IMG/VR virus record: IMGVR_UViG_3300046692_000144 | Coordinates: 21,621-85,620 of that record | Strand: one strand, 5' to 3' | Source of the DNA: a virus | Lineage: Duplodnaviria > Heunggongvirae > Uroviricota > Caudoviricetes | DNA length: 64,000 nucleotides | The notes under the pieces: generated by a model | Told to the model about the DNA's origin: nothing | The model's database searches: none | The model's input: only the letters and a program-made list of their open reading frames with translations | Shown here: positions 52,217 to 63,301 of the stretch, in pieces | Numbering within the stretch: the first letter of the stretch is position 1 | Layout of the letters: every line of letters begins with the position of its first letter | Translations under genes and position numbers: made by a program

Positions 52217-54454
52217 TTAGGTAGCAGGGTTCATGTCTGCACCAAGAACCGCATTGACATTTATCTTAGCTGAGCCACGGGTCCTAGGCATATCCAGGTT
52301 CACGGTATCCGTGAAGGTCAGGGTTGCTGTAGGCGCTCCATCTTTATTTTCGTCGATACCGCCAGCGTTGATAGTTTTGACGGAAGGAGTTCCACCTTCT
52401 ATCAAAACACCGCCACGGGTCATATAGGCAGGGGAGCTGATTGCAGGACCCAATCCTCGTGTAAAGGACATGTTAGCTTGCTTGATAACCAGAGGATCAG
52501 GGTCGGAGTACAGCTTTACCGATAAGCTTCCTTTTGCAGAGGCCGCGTATGATGTGGTAATCCAATACACTGCGTAGGTCTGCTCGTAGATCTGAGTACA
52601 TAACAAATAATCAGTGTCTTTTAAGTCAACCACCGACGGAGCATAAACGTATTTCGCAGTATCCGGCATGAAGTTTCCGATATAGCTGCCCTTAGGACCT
52701 TTTATAAAGATCTGAGAGTACTTCTCTACCATCAATCCGTACTGGTTAATCTGAACCCCCTCATCAATACCGAAGGAGTTGATATCTCCAGTAGTCCAGT
52801 AAGGCTGCATCAATGTGAATGCTGCGGTACCTGCTTCAGGTACGGGGACGTTGATAGCACGGAATCGATCTTGTATATCCGCCAGGGTAGTGGTGTATAT
52901 AGGAACGGAAAACATGGTAGTGGGCTTGAGCCTAGGCCACGGTTCTGCGTACTGACCTGAAATTGCGGGCGGTACTAGATTGCGTGCGTAAGAAACCATA
53001 GATCGAAGATGAGGTACGTTCCTTTCATTACGACGGAACTTAGCAACCATCAACGCTTTCTCGTATCCCGTGTTCGCCTTGAACGCAGCAGGGCGATTTA
53101 TGAAACCCGTCACATTACCGTTATTCACTCTGGTCGGGATGCCATTAGCGTATGCGTCTAGCCCTAGAAGAAGTGTTTCGTGCTGACCTAAGTTGTATCG
53201 CTGGAAGTTAGGGCTACCACGAAGTAGTGGATCAGCAGCATTCCTACGCATACGCCGAATTTGAGCAAAGTAGATTTCAGATCGATTGTTGTCACGACGA
53301 GTAGTCGTAGACTCTTCTAGGAATCGAATAACCTCATCATCAATAGGCACCGACCAAATATAGATCGGAGAGGTATACGTAGGCTTGACTCTGCGAATGA
53401 TATCGCCTAACTGCTGGAACGACTGGATGTTCTTGAAGGTAGTAACGTTTACTTTCACGAGGAAAGTATGATGCTTCAAGTATGTACGCATCAAGTAGTC
53501 AGCGTAGGTGCCTGGCTTTGCGTAAGCATCAGGTTGATCCGCTGGAACGTATGGCATCAGGGACTTCGGAACTTCCAGGTTGATCCACCAATCACCGTCA
53601 TTAATATAATCCTTTACTTCAACCCAAGTAGTAACTTCGTCACCGACGGTAAGAGTGTCTCCTTCCGCAACACTAGGAACTAGGCCAAATGGAAGAATGT
53701 AGGAGTTAAGGTCTGTGATGACAAAGTACTGACCGGAGCCAGGGTACTTACGAATAGACAACACGGTTTCGTTATCCCGGCAGAGAGGAACGCCAAGAGC
53801 AACGTTAAGTCCACGGCGAACCATTGATAGGTCTGGGCCGTGTACATAGAGGTAAAACAGTCCGTATAGGAAGTCCTTGTAACGCTCAGTGGACTCTTGT
53901 GGGTCTACACCGATGAGCTTACCGTAGTAGTTGTACATCAACTTCTCATCGGTCTGAACGTCGATAGCCCACATCGAAATCTCGTCGAACCCTTCTGAGT
54001 TGTTCCTGCGAGGGAACTTGTCATTGAACGGATCTTTTGCGAACTGAATAGTGTTCGAGTCGATATCTATAAAGTAATCTGTACTGTCTTCGTAGGTCGT
54101 AGTTGCCAAAAATGGACGGTTGGCCATATACCTAGCATCCTGCAACCCTTCTGGAAGAGTATAGGTAGCTACTGTTCCAGGGACATAGGCAGCCTTCGAC
54201 AGGAGGACCAGTTTTAACTGAGTCCCCATGTTGATCTGTATATCTTCCAGAGTGATGCTGCTAGTGAGCTGTAGGAATTTACTGTATATGTCAGAAGCAA
54301 CGATTGCGTTAGCTTCGAACAACAGGTCGATCTTCTCCGAATCTTCGAAAATCAGATGCCAGAAATCCGACAGACCATAGAGCATGGTCATGTTTCGGTT
54401 AGACCCCTCAGTTGACTCGAAGAAGCCTGTTGATCCGTCGAATTCAGAACGCAT
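52217..54454 (-). CDS. large baseplate protein
   Basis: 745 aa, coupled to neighbours. Confidence 0.45.
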   Translation of the reverse strand: MRSEFDGSTGFFESTEGSNRNMTMLYGLSDFWHLIFEDSEKIDLLFEANAIVASDIYSKFLQLTSSITLEDIQINMGTQLKLVLLSKAAYVPGTVATYTLPEGLQDARYMANRPFLATTTYEDSTDYFIDIDSNTIQFAKDPFNDKFPRRNNSEGFDEISMWAIDVQTDEKLMYNYYGKLIGVDPQESTERYKDFLYGLFYLYVHGPDLSMVRRGLNVALGVPLCRDNETVLSIRKYPGSGQYFVITDLNSYILPFGLVPSVAEGDTLTVGDEVTTWVEVKDYINDGDWWINLEVPKSLMPYVPADQPDAYAKPGTYADYLMRTYLKHHTFLVKVNVTTFKNIQSFQQLGDIIRRVKPTYTSPIYIWSVPIDDEVIRFLEESTTTRRDNNRSEIYFAQIRRMRRNAADPLLRGSPNFQRYNLGQHETLLLGLDAYANGIPTRVNNGNVTGFINRPAAFKANTGYEKALMVAKFRRNERNVPHLRSMVSYARNLVPPAISGQYAEPWPRLKPTTMFSVPIYTTTLADIQDRFRAINVPVPEAGTAAFTLMQPYWTTGDINSFGIDEGVQINQYGLMVEKYSQIFIKGPKGSYIGNFMPDTAKYVYAPSVVDLKDTDYLLCTQIYEQTYAVYWITTSYAASAKGSLSVKLYSDPDPLVIKQANMSFTRGLGPAISSPAYMTRGGVLIEGGTPSVKTINAGGIDENKDGAPTATLTFTDTVNLDMPRTRGSAKINVNAVLGADMNPAT

Positions 54455-56400
54455 TAAATGTACCCGTTGGTCGTAGTTAGGGACTCTAGCATGAAGATGG
54501 CAGTGGAATCGTTAGGGTCCAAGTAGTCCGTAATTACCCCACTGACGTAAGGTATGTTATCACGGTGGAAGTAACGATACGTGGTAGCGATTGGCGTCTG
54601 AATAGTCGTAACACCGCTAGCGTTCAGAGCTGCGATCAGATCGGCCATGATGAATGGAGAACCTGGATCAAGAGACTCTAGGTAGGCATTCGCCACAGTC
54701 GTACATTGTGAGGAGCTTGGCGGAGGACCGTTATACCCCACAATGTTCATGCTTATCAGGTACATATTGTAACCGCGAGCGAGGTAGTCTCCTGCGAGAA
54801 TCTTGTTATCACCAAGATTTAGATAGGATTGAACACTGGTCAACCCTTTGAACCCGTAGGTGTTGAAACTCACAGTTTTGTTTGCGTTAGCGCCACCGAA
54901 ATCCACAACTATCTGCTGATTAGCGGAAAGGCCGGTATCCTGCATTGGGGCAGTGATGGTGAGCAGCGGAGTACCGGTAGCGTTAGTTGGCAACGTGATA
55001 TCTGGGTTGGTTACCGTGATAGTGTTCTGGGTTACCGCCGTTGCCCTGAACCATCCGTTGAAGTTAGCCTGAGTACATCCGGTAATTTTTACATACCGAC
55101 CTGGGATTACTCCGTGGTTGTTACTTGTGATAGTTACAGTAGTACCTGACCGAGATAGAGCTGCGCTCAGGACAATCTGACTTGGATTGCTTGTGGTGTA
55201 CGGAGTCAGTATCTTGGCGAACATTGTCCCAGTAGGAGTACTGGCGGGAACCGAAGGCAGCACGTAGGTGAAAGTGTTGGTGGTCGCTGTAGCTACAATG
55301 AAAGTACCGTTGTAAACAGTAGGGGTGGCACCAGAGATAACGATTGAGTTACCTACGCTAAACCCGTGAGCTGCTGCGGTTACGGTTGCGGTAGTACCCG
55401 AGAACGCAATGCTGGTAACCGGGACAGTGCGGTATACAGCAACGGTATCATCTTCAGTGCCACCGGTAATGGTGCTGCGGGAGATCTCAAGGTAAGGACC
55501 GTTGATGTACGCCTTGCCGGTAGCATCAGTAGGGTACTGAAGAATCTGCTTCTCAAGCGGTACGCGAGAGTAGATATCAGTCTTACCACCAATGTGGATG
55601 AGGACCGGGTTATTTGATGGCGGAGCCAGTACAGTAACTTGGTCTCGGTACATATCCGGATCGCCTGCACCTACGGTGGTGATGGCAGTTACGTAGTTGA
55701 AGTCTGCCTTCAGCTTAGCGTCCACTGAAGGAATGTTGATAAGGTTGCGAGTAGAAACCGCAGTCTTAGCACGAGAAATAAACGTAGTGTTAGTCTCTGT
55801 GACAGAAGACATGGACTTCAGATAGTTGATCTCACCACGCAGGAAGTACGGGTCGAAGTTCGAGAAGTACAGCAAGCTACCAGAAGTAAGGTCGTAGTCA
55901 GCCCCTTCCTTATCCGCAGCCAACTCCACGTCTACGTAGTACTCACTTGAGAAACTATCGTAGGTCATGCTGTCTGGAGAGAATGAATAGGTAGTGATTG
56001 GGTAGAATTTTTTGGTGTTGTCTGGGGAGAAGAAAATCTCAGAACTTACCGCTACGTTCTTCTGCTTTGCAAAGTATAGGCGAGCACTGATAACAGATTT
56101 GTTACCTGCAATTCGCTCCACAAACCAGTTCGACAAAATCTTATCAACGACATCTGTAGGGGTGTTGTCAGTGACGCCCGGCAAGGTATTTTGAGAGAAG
56201 TAGAACAAAACTGCCTTGTTAACCAAAGCTAGCAGAGTAGCCGATGGACGGATAACCAAGTCACGAAGACCTGTACCCTGACGTAGATCAAGGTCCGGAT
56301 ACTTGGCTTCAAGAATCTTCTGGGCAGCAAGCTCTGCTTGCAGGATTTCGTCCTGAGTAACCTCAAGGCCGGGGAGTACGGTATATAGATCGGTAGCCAC
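54454..56400 (-). CDS. large tail/baseplate protein
   Basis: 648 aa. Confidence 0.45.
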   Translation of the reverse strand: MATDLYTVLPGLEVTQDEILQAELAAQKILEAKYPDLDLRQGTGLRDLVIRPSATLLALVNKAVLFYFSQNTLPGVTDNTPTDVVDKILSNWFVERIAGNKSVISARLYFAKQKNVAVSSEIFFSPDNTKKFYPITTYSFSPDSMTYDSFSSEYYVDVELAADKEGADYDLTSGSLLYFSNFDPYFLRGEINYLKSMSSVTETNTTFISRAKTAVSTRNLINIPSVDAKLKADFNYVTAITTVGAGDPDMYRDQVTVLAPPSNNPVLIHIGGKTDIYSRVPLEKQILQYPTDATGKAYINGPYLEISRSTITGGTEDDTVAVYRTVPVTSIAFSGTTATVTAAAHGFSVGNSIVISGATPTVYNGTFIVATATTNTFTYVLPSVPASTPTGTMFAKILTPYTTSNPSQIVLSAALSRSGTTVTITSNNHGVIPGRYVKITGCTQANFNGWFRATAVTQNTITVTNPDITLPTNATGTPLLTITAPMQDTGLSANQQIVVDFGGANANKTVSFNTYGFKGLTSVQSYLNLGDNKILAGDYLARGYNMYLISMNIVGYNGPPPSSSQCTTVANAYLESLDPGSPFIMADLIAALNASGVTTIQTPIATTYRYFHRDNIPYVSGVITDYLDPNDSTAIFMLESLTTTNGYI

Positions 56401-56430
56401 TTAGACCAGTCCTGATTGGAGCTGGCCGTG

Positions 56431-56937
56431 TTATTCAGCCAGTCTCATATCCAATTGTGGGAACGGTACCGCAACCTGGGCTCGTTCACCTGCGTTAGTT
56501 ACAAGGTATAGAATCATTGTAATCGAATCACTGCCAACGTCGATGGCTGCTACCTGAACTCGGTTCAGTTGGCCCGCTAGGTCAGTGTTCATTGCATTTA
56601 GAATGTATTTTACCTGGGTCTCTGCATCGGAGACTTCATCGACTAGTTCCTTCTCAATGTTTGACGCGCTGCCTATGCGGTTTGCGTACATTGCCAGTGC
56701 GGAAAAGTTGGTACCCTTGTTAGGTCGAAGAGCATCAGACCCTTTCGTGGTCATGAGAATATGGAAGAACGTCTGAGCGACCTTCTGAACACCTGTTATT
56801 TTCCTAGGTGTATCGGTAAGGGTGAAATCTACGGCACCCACAGGGAACCCTTCCGAGAAATCCATGAGCAGGAGGTCATAGGTGGCCCCGGAGTTAAGGT
56901 TGTTGTCTATACCTAAGCGAAGTAGTTTTCCGGCCAT
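56431..56937 (-). CDS. baseplate-associated protein
   Basis: ORF. Confidence 0.4.
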   Translation of the reverse strand: MAGKLLRLGIDNNLNSGATYDLLLMDFSEGFPVGAVDFTLTDTPRKITGVQKVAQTFFHILMTTKGSDALRPNKGTNFSALAMYANRIGSASNIEKELVDEVSDAETQVKYILNAMNTDLAGQLNRVQVAAIDVGSDSITMILYLVTNAGERAQVAVPFPQLDMRLAE

Positions 56938-56939
56938 GA

Positions 56940-57320
56940 TCAGTTCTGCATGTCGTTGGTGCCGCTAATAAAGCTCTTCATTGACTGGCTCTGGTTCTGA
57001 TAGTAAGTAGCATCTTCAGAAGCGGAGCCCTGTGCATCAGCGAAGTAGTCGGATCGTACCTTAGCCCGCATCGCACCCTCTCGTAGGGTGGCCATGACCG
57101 CACTTGCAGTCTCAATCAATGCCCCAGAAACCATAGTAGGACGACCCTTCGCATGGTTCTGAGACTCGGTAATAATCTGAGTGAAATTCAGGTTCGGCAA
57201 AACCTCCATGAAATTCGGCAGAGGCTTCGTAGGATCTTCGTGATAAGCCTTGACCCCAGAGAAGTAACCATTCATAGCACCGTAGTACTGCTCGACTTGT
57301 CCAGTAGAGGTATCTGCCAT
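56940..57320 (-). CDS. structural protein
   Basis: ORF. Confidence 0.4.
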   Translation of the reverse strand: MADTSTGQVEQYYGAMNGYFSGVKAYHEDPTKPLPNFMEVLPNLNFTQIITESQNHAKGRPTMVSGALIETASAVMATLREGAMRAKVRSDYFADAQGSASEDATYYQNQSQSMKSFISGTNDMQN

Positions 57321-58015
57321 TATTGGTACCTAATCATTTCAGTTTGGATTCCCTTCAGCTTCTTGACCATCTTACCTTTCAAGTAGTTGAGGCGGTTTAC
57401 GTTGATCCCTAGTTTGACCGCAAGCTCCGTAGAAGAAAGCTCACCTGTATGCTTCATGATCAATTGCTCTTCTGGAGAAAGCTGATCCATCATGTGTTCG
57501 AACATAGGCTTGCCTGCGTCAAAGCGAGAATACTCACTAGCTTTCTCTTTGCTGCTCTCAACGATGTCCTGGTAAATACCAGATTTGAACTTGATGACTG
57601 CCTTCTTTGACCAACCAAGTTCAGCAGCCAGCTCCTCGTCAGAAGGATCACGGCTCAAACGTTCGGTGAGGCCTTGTTGAGCATTGTTGTACTTGTGATA
57701 AATCAGTTGGTTGTTCTCAGACAGCCGAGCAGCGTTCTGATACCGATAGTTCATACGACGAACCTTCTGAAGATAGTTCGTAACGTGAGTCGATAGCTGA
57801 GTGCCTTTCGAAGGATCATACGTGTGGATCGCATGGATTGCCCACTTAGTAGCCTCCGAGGTCAAGGCTTGCGGTGGCAAGGTCCCTGACGCTCGCTTAA
57901 CTTCGGTGTGGATCAAGGGCATCAACTGAACTACAAGCTTGCTCAAGTCCTGCTGAGACTTGGTATCCTGATACTTCTGAAACAGCTCTTGGTCTAACTT
58001 TCTTACTTCTGACAT
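57320..58015 (-). CDS. sigma-70-family RNA polymerase sigma factor
   Basis: Region 2: AIHTYDPSKGTQLSTHVTNYLQ resembles FDPxKGxxFSTYAxWWIRQ. Region 4 HTH: LSPEEQLIMKHTGELSSTELAVKLGINVNRLNYLKGKMVKKLK. Confidence 0.55.
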   Translation of the reverse strand: MSEVRKLDQELFQKYQDTKSQQDLSKLVVQLMPLIHTEVKRASGTLPPQALTSEATKWAIHAIHTYDPSKGTQLSTHVTNYLQKVRRMNYRYQNAARLSENNQLIYHKYNNAQQGLTERLSRDPSDEELAAELGWSKKAVIKFKSGIYQDIVESSKEKASEYSRFDAGKPMFEHMMDQLSPEEQLIMKHTGELSSTELAVKLGINVNRLNYLKGKMVKKLKGIQTEMIRYQ

Positions 58016-58215
58016 TATTTGTACACCGCGTAGTAGGAGGATACTGACATCACATAGCTGACCATGAATATCTGTAGCTTCTGTGAAAATTGCTGCTCAC
58101 GAAAACAGGTGAGGGCTTCCGAAGTGCCCGACAGGTTTCCTGATGAGGCAATGTTAGTAGGGATCTTAGACGTCTGGTCAACGGTAGATCCTACGGTGTA
58201 ATTGGTAGTAGCCAT
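58015..58215 (-). CDS. small hypothetical protein
   Basis: ORF. Confidence 0.3.
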   Translation of the reverse strand: MATTNYTVGSTVDQTSKIPTNIASSGNLSGTSEALTCFREQQFSQKLQIFMVSYVMSVSSYYAVYK

Positions 58216-60734
58216 TATGGGACACTCTTCTTCGAATCAGTAGGTAGGGCCGATATGAATGCCAGCTCATCTCTTGATGGCAGTAGCTCATCCGAGTAGT
58301 CAAGAAACATGCTCTGACCTGGCTCCATTAGCTTGGCCTCATCCAGAATTGGTTCCTGGTAAGCAAAGGTCACCGGGTCGTAGTTCTCTGGAACCATATC
58401 TATGAATTTAAGGTTGAACCGAGCTGCGTGATCCGCCTTTGTTTCAATTGGTCGGAATGCAAGAAGAAGGTTACCCTCCGCAGACACATGTACCTCTTCC
58501 GTCCCAGGAGCTTGCGTAGTGGCTGATCCGTTTATCCGGGAGAACATGTACGGGGAGCCTGTCGAGAAGTCGTGAAGGAACTCTGGTGCAGCCGCACCGA
58601 CTCCCAAGGTTGACTTATAGAAGTCGTTGGCCTTCTCCCTGGCAAGAGTGTTGTTCACAATACTCGTACGGTAAGAGACCTTTCCCTGCTCATCTACTTC
58701 TTCAGAGATCGTGTCAGTAACCGACTGCAACCAAGGATTCGTGTAATGCTGCTCGTAGTTACCAAGCTCCTGATAGCTCATTGCTGAAACAAAATTGGCA
58801 GTAGTGGATAGTGAGTTTGCAGTAATGTTGTGACTCACTTCAATGCAGAAGGCATGGAAGCTAGGCTCGGTAGGAGTCGGATCAATGATGTCCATTGGAT
58901 ACCCCGGAACGATATATGGGTTGAAGATCATAGTCACGTTGCCAGTACGAGCCTTGGTAGTCTCCGTAGTAAACCGGGAATCCGCCGCAGCAAACAAAAT
59001 ACGTTGGAACGCATTGATGTCTGAAGCCAAATCCCATGGGTTCAACATGTTCTTCACGCCTTTTGGATCGTACCGGTACTGCCAAGCCTTACGGAATTTC
59101 TCAAGCATTGCACCATTGGCAGTCGATCCATCGGGTCGAGTTTCACTGGAATTTGCAGGCTGGTTGGCCAAGCTCTCACCCAGGATAGCCAGCCAACGAG
59201 GAAGCTGAAGTCGTTCATGGTGAATACCACGACCTTGCTCATACTTACCAACTCGGAACTGAGATGCAGCAGTAGTTCGAGCCAGGGTAGCGAAATGAGT
59301 AGTATCAGTGTCGCCACCAATAACAGAGACTGCCTTTGCAATAGCCTCACGAACAGATTCCGGAGCACGGTAGTTCACACCGAATTGACCAGTGTTAGCG
59401 GGAGTGTTGTCACTCACCGCAGTAATACGGGTAGGAACCGCTTCTTCATCCTGGTTGATGGAAATCGACGAGAACATATACGGCAAAACTACGTTGCACA
59501 TAGGCGAGTAATAATGAGGCATCTGTGGCTTGACGATAACGTCCATTGCCGCAGTAGCAATACCGGAGAAGGTATTCGACGGGTCCTTAGGTACTTCCGC
59601 AGGTGCGTTCAGGAATACCATATCGTATTCGGAGTAGTACATGAAATCCTGTAGGACCTTCATGAACGAAGTCAACTCTCCTGAGAACTGTCCAGCAGTG
59701 TAAATAGCCTGAGTAGCAATATCTGCCTGAACCGCAGACTGCATCAGTGTCTGATACGTAGGCGGAATCAAGCGAGGATTCGTTTCTGATGAACTCTCAC
59801 CAGTAGAGTTGGCAGTACACGGAGCCTGTCGGCACTGCTCAAGAAGAGCCTCTACCGGATAGTGACCACCAATACGACGGAAAAACTGCAAGCCTTCCTC
59901 AACCAGTGGAATGTACATACGGGTCATCCCCTCGTACATCGTAGGGTTCACATAGACCTGGTCCTTGAGCTGGTTCCATAGATTCAACGGGATACCCGGG
60001 AAACCTATGAATCGGTTCTTAAGGTCGTCAAGGTACTGAGGGATAGAGTCGTATACTGGGAACTGAGGCGCAATCTTCGCCTTGTTGGCTATGGTCATCT
60101 CCCAGTCACCACCGACCTTAGCAGTGTTAACTCCAGTAAGAGCAATACCTATAGAGTTCAACGATCCAAACTGGTTTGTCTTAACCGCAGCTTCCCCAGG
60201 GTTGCTATCTACCTTATTGGAATCATTTCCGTACCCGGAGTAATCCATGGTGATCAAGTCCATTTTGCTGTAGGCGTGCTTACAGTTGAAGTTGATGAAC
60301 TTCTGACCTGGGGACTGAGAAGATTTGAAGTAGCTAGTAGATACGATATTTCCAGAGAACAATAGACTGTCCCGCTGTGATACCGGATCTTTGAAGAATA
60401 CGTGTACCTTGGGTTCGTAATAACGACAAATCTCCATAAGGCCAGTCTGGGACGGAATACTAACCGACATTACCGGTAAACCCCCAAGACTAGATTGGAT
60501 GTTGATTGCCATGAACGGAACTTGGACACCCTCTATGTAAAGGGAGAACTCTTGGAACATTACATCCGTGCGTGGGCCGGGCAGTTTCATGCCAATACGG
60601 TCAGTGCCCTCAGGGTGGTACTGGTTATCAACCGTGGTAGTGGCCTTACTATCATTCCCCGAAGAGATGGTGATAGTGTCATTCCCTGCTGTACCAATAT
60701 TCTGGTTGCCAGTTAAATCAAAACCCATTATCAA
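58215..60734 (-). CDS. large virion protein (839 aa)
   Basis: ORF. Confidence 0.45.
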   Translation of the reverse strand: MIMGFDLTGNQNIGTAGNDTITISSGNDSKATTTVDNQYHPEGTDRIGMKLPGPRTDVMFQEFSLYIEGVQVPFMAINIQSSLGGLPVMSVSIPSQTGLMEICRYYEPKVHVFFKDPVSQRDSLLFSGNIVSTSYFKSSQSPGQKFINFNCKHAYSKMDLITMDYSGYGNDSNKVDSNPGEAAVKTNQFGSLNSIGIALTGVNTAKVGGDWEMTIANKAKIAPQFPVYDSIPQYLDDLKNRFIGFPGIPLNLWNQLKDQVYVNPTMYEGMTRMYIPLVEEGLQFFRRIGGHYPVEALLEQCRQAPCTANSTGESSSETNPRLIPPTYQTLMQSAVQADIATQAIYTAGQFSGELTSFMKVLQDFMYYSEYDMVFLNAPAEVPKDPSNTFSGIATAAMDVIVKPQMPHYYSPMCNVVLPYMFSSISINQDEEAVPTRITAVSDNTPANTGQFGVNYRAPESVREAIAKAVSVIGGDTDTTHFATLARTTAASQFRVGKYEQGRGIHHERLQLPRWLAILGESLANQPANSSETRPDGSTANGAMLEKFRKAWQYRYDPKGVKNMLNPWDLASDINAFQRILFAAADSRFTTETTKARTGNVTMIFNPYIVPGYPMDIIDPTPTEPSFHAFCIEVSHNITANSLSTTANFVSAMSYQELGNYEQHYTNPWLQSVTDTISEEVDEQGKVSYRTSIVNNTLAREKANDFYKSTLGVGAAAPEFLHDFSTGSPYMFSRINGSATTQAPGTEEVHVSAEGNLLLAFRPIETKADHAARFNLKFIDMVPENYDPVTFAYQEPILDEAKLMEPGQSMFLDYSDELLPSRDELAFISALPTDSKKSVP

Positions 60735-61597
60735 ACTCCTACATCATAGAATACGCCGTACAAGGCAAGGATATACAATTCCCGTTCTAGCGGGTCCTTG
60801 ATCTTAGTAATGTATTCTACGTACGTTGGTGGAATATGCTGAGAATGTTTCTCCAGTGCATTTTCCAGAGAAGCTAGGCGACTTTCAGTAATACGTTCCT
60901 TTAGGAGGCCTGTACGGATCGGTAGATCCCCTGTAGCAAGGTACGCCGCACCAAGTAGGTTTCCTGCATATGTAGCAGATAAATAACTCATGAAAGGCGA
61001 GGACGTTCCATTAAACATCCGTACAAACGCAACATCTCCAGTAACAGGTGCAGCGTTCAAGGTGATCTCGTACTCACCCGTGCTAAGGACTGTTAGATCG
61101 TAGTCCTCAGCGTAGACGTCGTTGTAGTACAAATGAACGTCAGAGATATCTGAACCGTCAGTGTTGAGTACGAACTTAGTAGCACCAGCAGGTAATAGGA
61201 CCGTCTGAGTTGCTACTACCAATAAACTGTACAAAGATACCGGACTTCCGACTGTGGAAGTAGTATCACCCGGGTTAGTAGCCTGGTAGCACTTACGGCA
61301 AACACCACCTTGAGAAATACAGTGTGGAGGATTCCGAATAAATCGGTAGTAACTACCTTGACTTAAGAAGTAATCAATGTCCGCTTTCGTGATGGCACGG
61401 TCAAGAGCCAGATCCCACTGCCCAATATGGGAGTAGTCCAGCGAAATTCTGTTTCCTAGGTTAGTCAGACAGTCATCCTCTACGATAATTACCGTAGGAT
61501 TGAATAACTGCTGACCTTCGTTGTAGAGAGTGGTGTCATCGTCTGGAAGATTGTCGAACAAATCCTCCATTAGAAGAAATCCAGAATACGTGCCCAT
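60731..61597 (-). CDS. virion protein
   Basis: ORF. Confidence 0.4.
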   Translation of the reverse strand: MGTYSGFLLMEDLFDNLPDDDTTLYNEGQQLFNPTVIIVEDDCLTNLGNRISLDYSHIGQWDLALDRAITKADIDYFLSQGSYYRFIRNPPHCISQGGVCRKCYQATNPGDTTSTVGSPVSLYSLLVVATQTVLLPAGATKFVLNTDGSDISDVHLYYNDVYAEDYDLTVLSTGEYEITLNAAPVTGDVAFVRMFNGTSSPFMSYLSATYAGNLLGAAYLATGDLPIRTGLLKERITESRLASLENALEKHSQHIPPTYVEYITKIKDPLERELYILALYGVFYDVGV

Positions 61598-61600
61598 TTA

Positions 61601-63085
61601 TCAACCTGATAGAGTTGCGCCAGAACCGGAATTGTAGCTAGAACCGGAGTTAAGTAGTGCAATCTTAGCTCTGCTCACTTTTCCTGACTTCAGAGAAGCA
61701 ATGTGACCTGACTTAGCCCCACCCTTCGATAGCCGCTTCAGAATGCTGGAGATGTTCTCAGGTGCAGAGGTAATAGCACCCGCAGCATTTCTCAAGGCCT
61801 GGATTGTTCTGCGGATATCATTACTGCCAGACTCGAATGACGAGACAAGACTATCTACACCACCTTCGATGGCGTTGACCAGTGCGATAGCTTCGTTAGA
61901 TATCGACTTGATATCCTGAAGAATGCTGCCGAGAATAGAACTCCCACCACTAAACAACGATAGGACTGATCCCGTGATCGACTTCACAACCTTAGTCAGA
62001 GTAGTAAGTACGCCGTAGACTGGGGCAATGATATTTGCACGAAGACTCGCTACGGACAGAAATCCACCCACAGAGTTATCAAAGAATCCACGAGCAGCGT
62101 TGATAGCACCATTTACTGCTGAGTTGACACCTCCTGCGAAGTTTTCAATGCTAGCAGCAGCATCACCTAGTATGCCAGAACTTGCACCCATGGTAGATCC
62201 AAGATACGCTCTAGCGCTATCCACACCACGTTTAATATTGTTGATAACTGCGGTGTTCTGAAACCTAGCCGGAAGCTCCGCCTGAGCAATGTTCAACTTC
62301 AATGCGTCGTTGTTCAAAAGCTCAGACGGCATAAGTACCGGACGTGGCTGTATAGACTTCGCAAGGAACTGCATTGAAAAGTGGATATCGGTATCTCGGG
62401 ATGAATCCTGGGAATACGAAGTTCCTAGGATAGTCCCTATCAAAGTCATGTTTGGAAGGCTGATCTGAACCAACTGGTGATTCTGAGCTACCTTAGTACC
62501 ACGTAAGACTCCATGGTATGCAACCATGTATTTGTAGAACCAGTTATTGTCGATGTCGTCAAATAGGACCCCGGAGAAGTTGAAGGTCACAGGGCTACGT
62601 CCGAAGTAGTACACCACTTCAGAATCACCGAATACTTCGTTCACTTGAACCTTTTCGTTGAAGGACACATCTACGTTCGTTAACAGAAAGTCAGTGTAGC
62701 CAGAGTCGCTTAGTAACTTGTCAGCTACTTCGCTAAGACCTTGGTTACCTGCGTTAACTTCTAAGAGATCCTTCATGACCTCCATGTTGCTACGATCAGA
62801 TTTGAGCTTGATAGAGGCGATAGGCCCACGATCAGACGTGTATTTCATCAGGTTATTCAAGGGAGTAGAACGAGGCCTTACGGTAAGACCTCGCTCCGTC
62901 TGTTTGATAACCCCAGCATTAGAAATGCTATCGCTCCCAGAAGAGGAGTTCTTGTTACTGTTCAATCCGGCAGACGACAAAAGACCTGCCGCAGTATCCT
63001 TCGCAGTACCGATATACGAAACTGCACCGCCTACGGCTTGCCTGGCGCTGTTAACTGTACCTGCTAGATCACTTACTGCTGACAT
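61601..63085 (-). CDS. Gly/Ser/Ala-rich virion protein
   Basis: ORF. Confidence 0.4.
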   Translation of the reverse strand: MSAVSDLAGTVNSARQAVGGAVSYIGTAKDTAAGLLSSAGLNSNKNSSSGSDSISNAGVIKQTERGLTVRPRSTPLNNLMKYTSDRGPIASIKLKSDRSNMEVMKDLLEVNAGNQGLSEVADKLLSDSGYTDFLLTNVDVSFNEKVQVNEVFGDSEVVYYFGRSPVTFNFSGVLFDDIDNNWFYKYMVAYHGVLRGTKVAQNHQLVQISLPNMTLIGTILGTSYSQDSSRDTDIHFSMQFLAKSIQPRPVLMPSELLNNDALKLNIAQAELPARFQNTAVINNIKRGVDSARAYLGSTMGASSGILGDAAASIENFAGGVNSAVNGAINAARGFFDNSVGGFLSVASLRANIIAPVYGVLTTLTKVVKSITGSVLSLFSGGSSILGSILQDIKSISNEAIALVNAIEGGVDSLVSSFESGSNDIRRTIQALRNAAGAITSAPENISSILKRLSKGGAKSGHIASLKSGKVSRAKIALLNSGSSYNSGSGATLSG

Positions 63086-63301
63086 TTAATTGGTCTCGAA
63101 CTCAATGAGTTCCAGGATGTTAGGGGTGCTGACCATGGTCTGCTGGCCAAACAATCCACCGAGGCTAGGAGGTATATAGTCCTTACCTACTGCGGTGAAT
63201 CGAAAAGAATCATAAGTAGCCTTGACCCGTTGGAGGTAGATCTCCCGTGGGGTCATGGCTATCAGTCTATTAAGTATCTTAGGTTCATTACCTGCCATCA
63301 T
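63086..63301 (-). CDS. small hypothetical protein
   Basis: ORF. Confidence 0.3.
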   Translation of the reverse strand: MMAGNEPKILNRLIAMTPREIYLQRVKATYDSFRFTAVGKDYIPPSLGGLFGQQTMVSTPNILELIEFETN

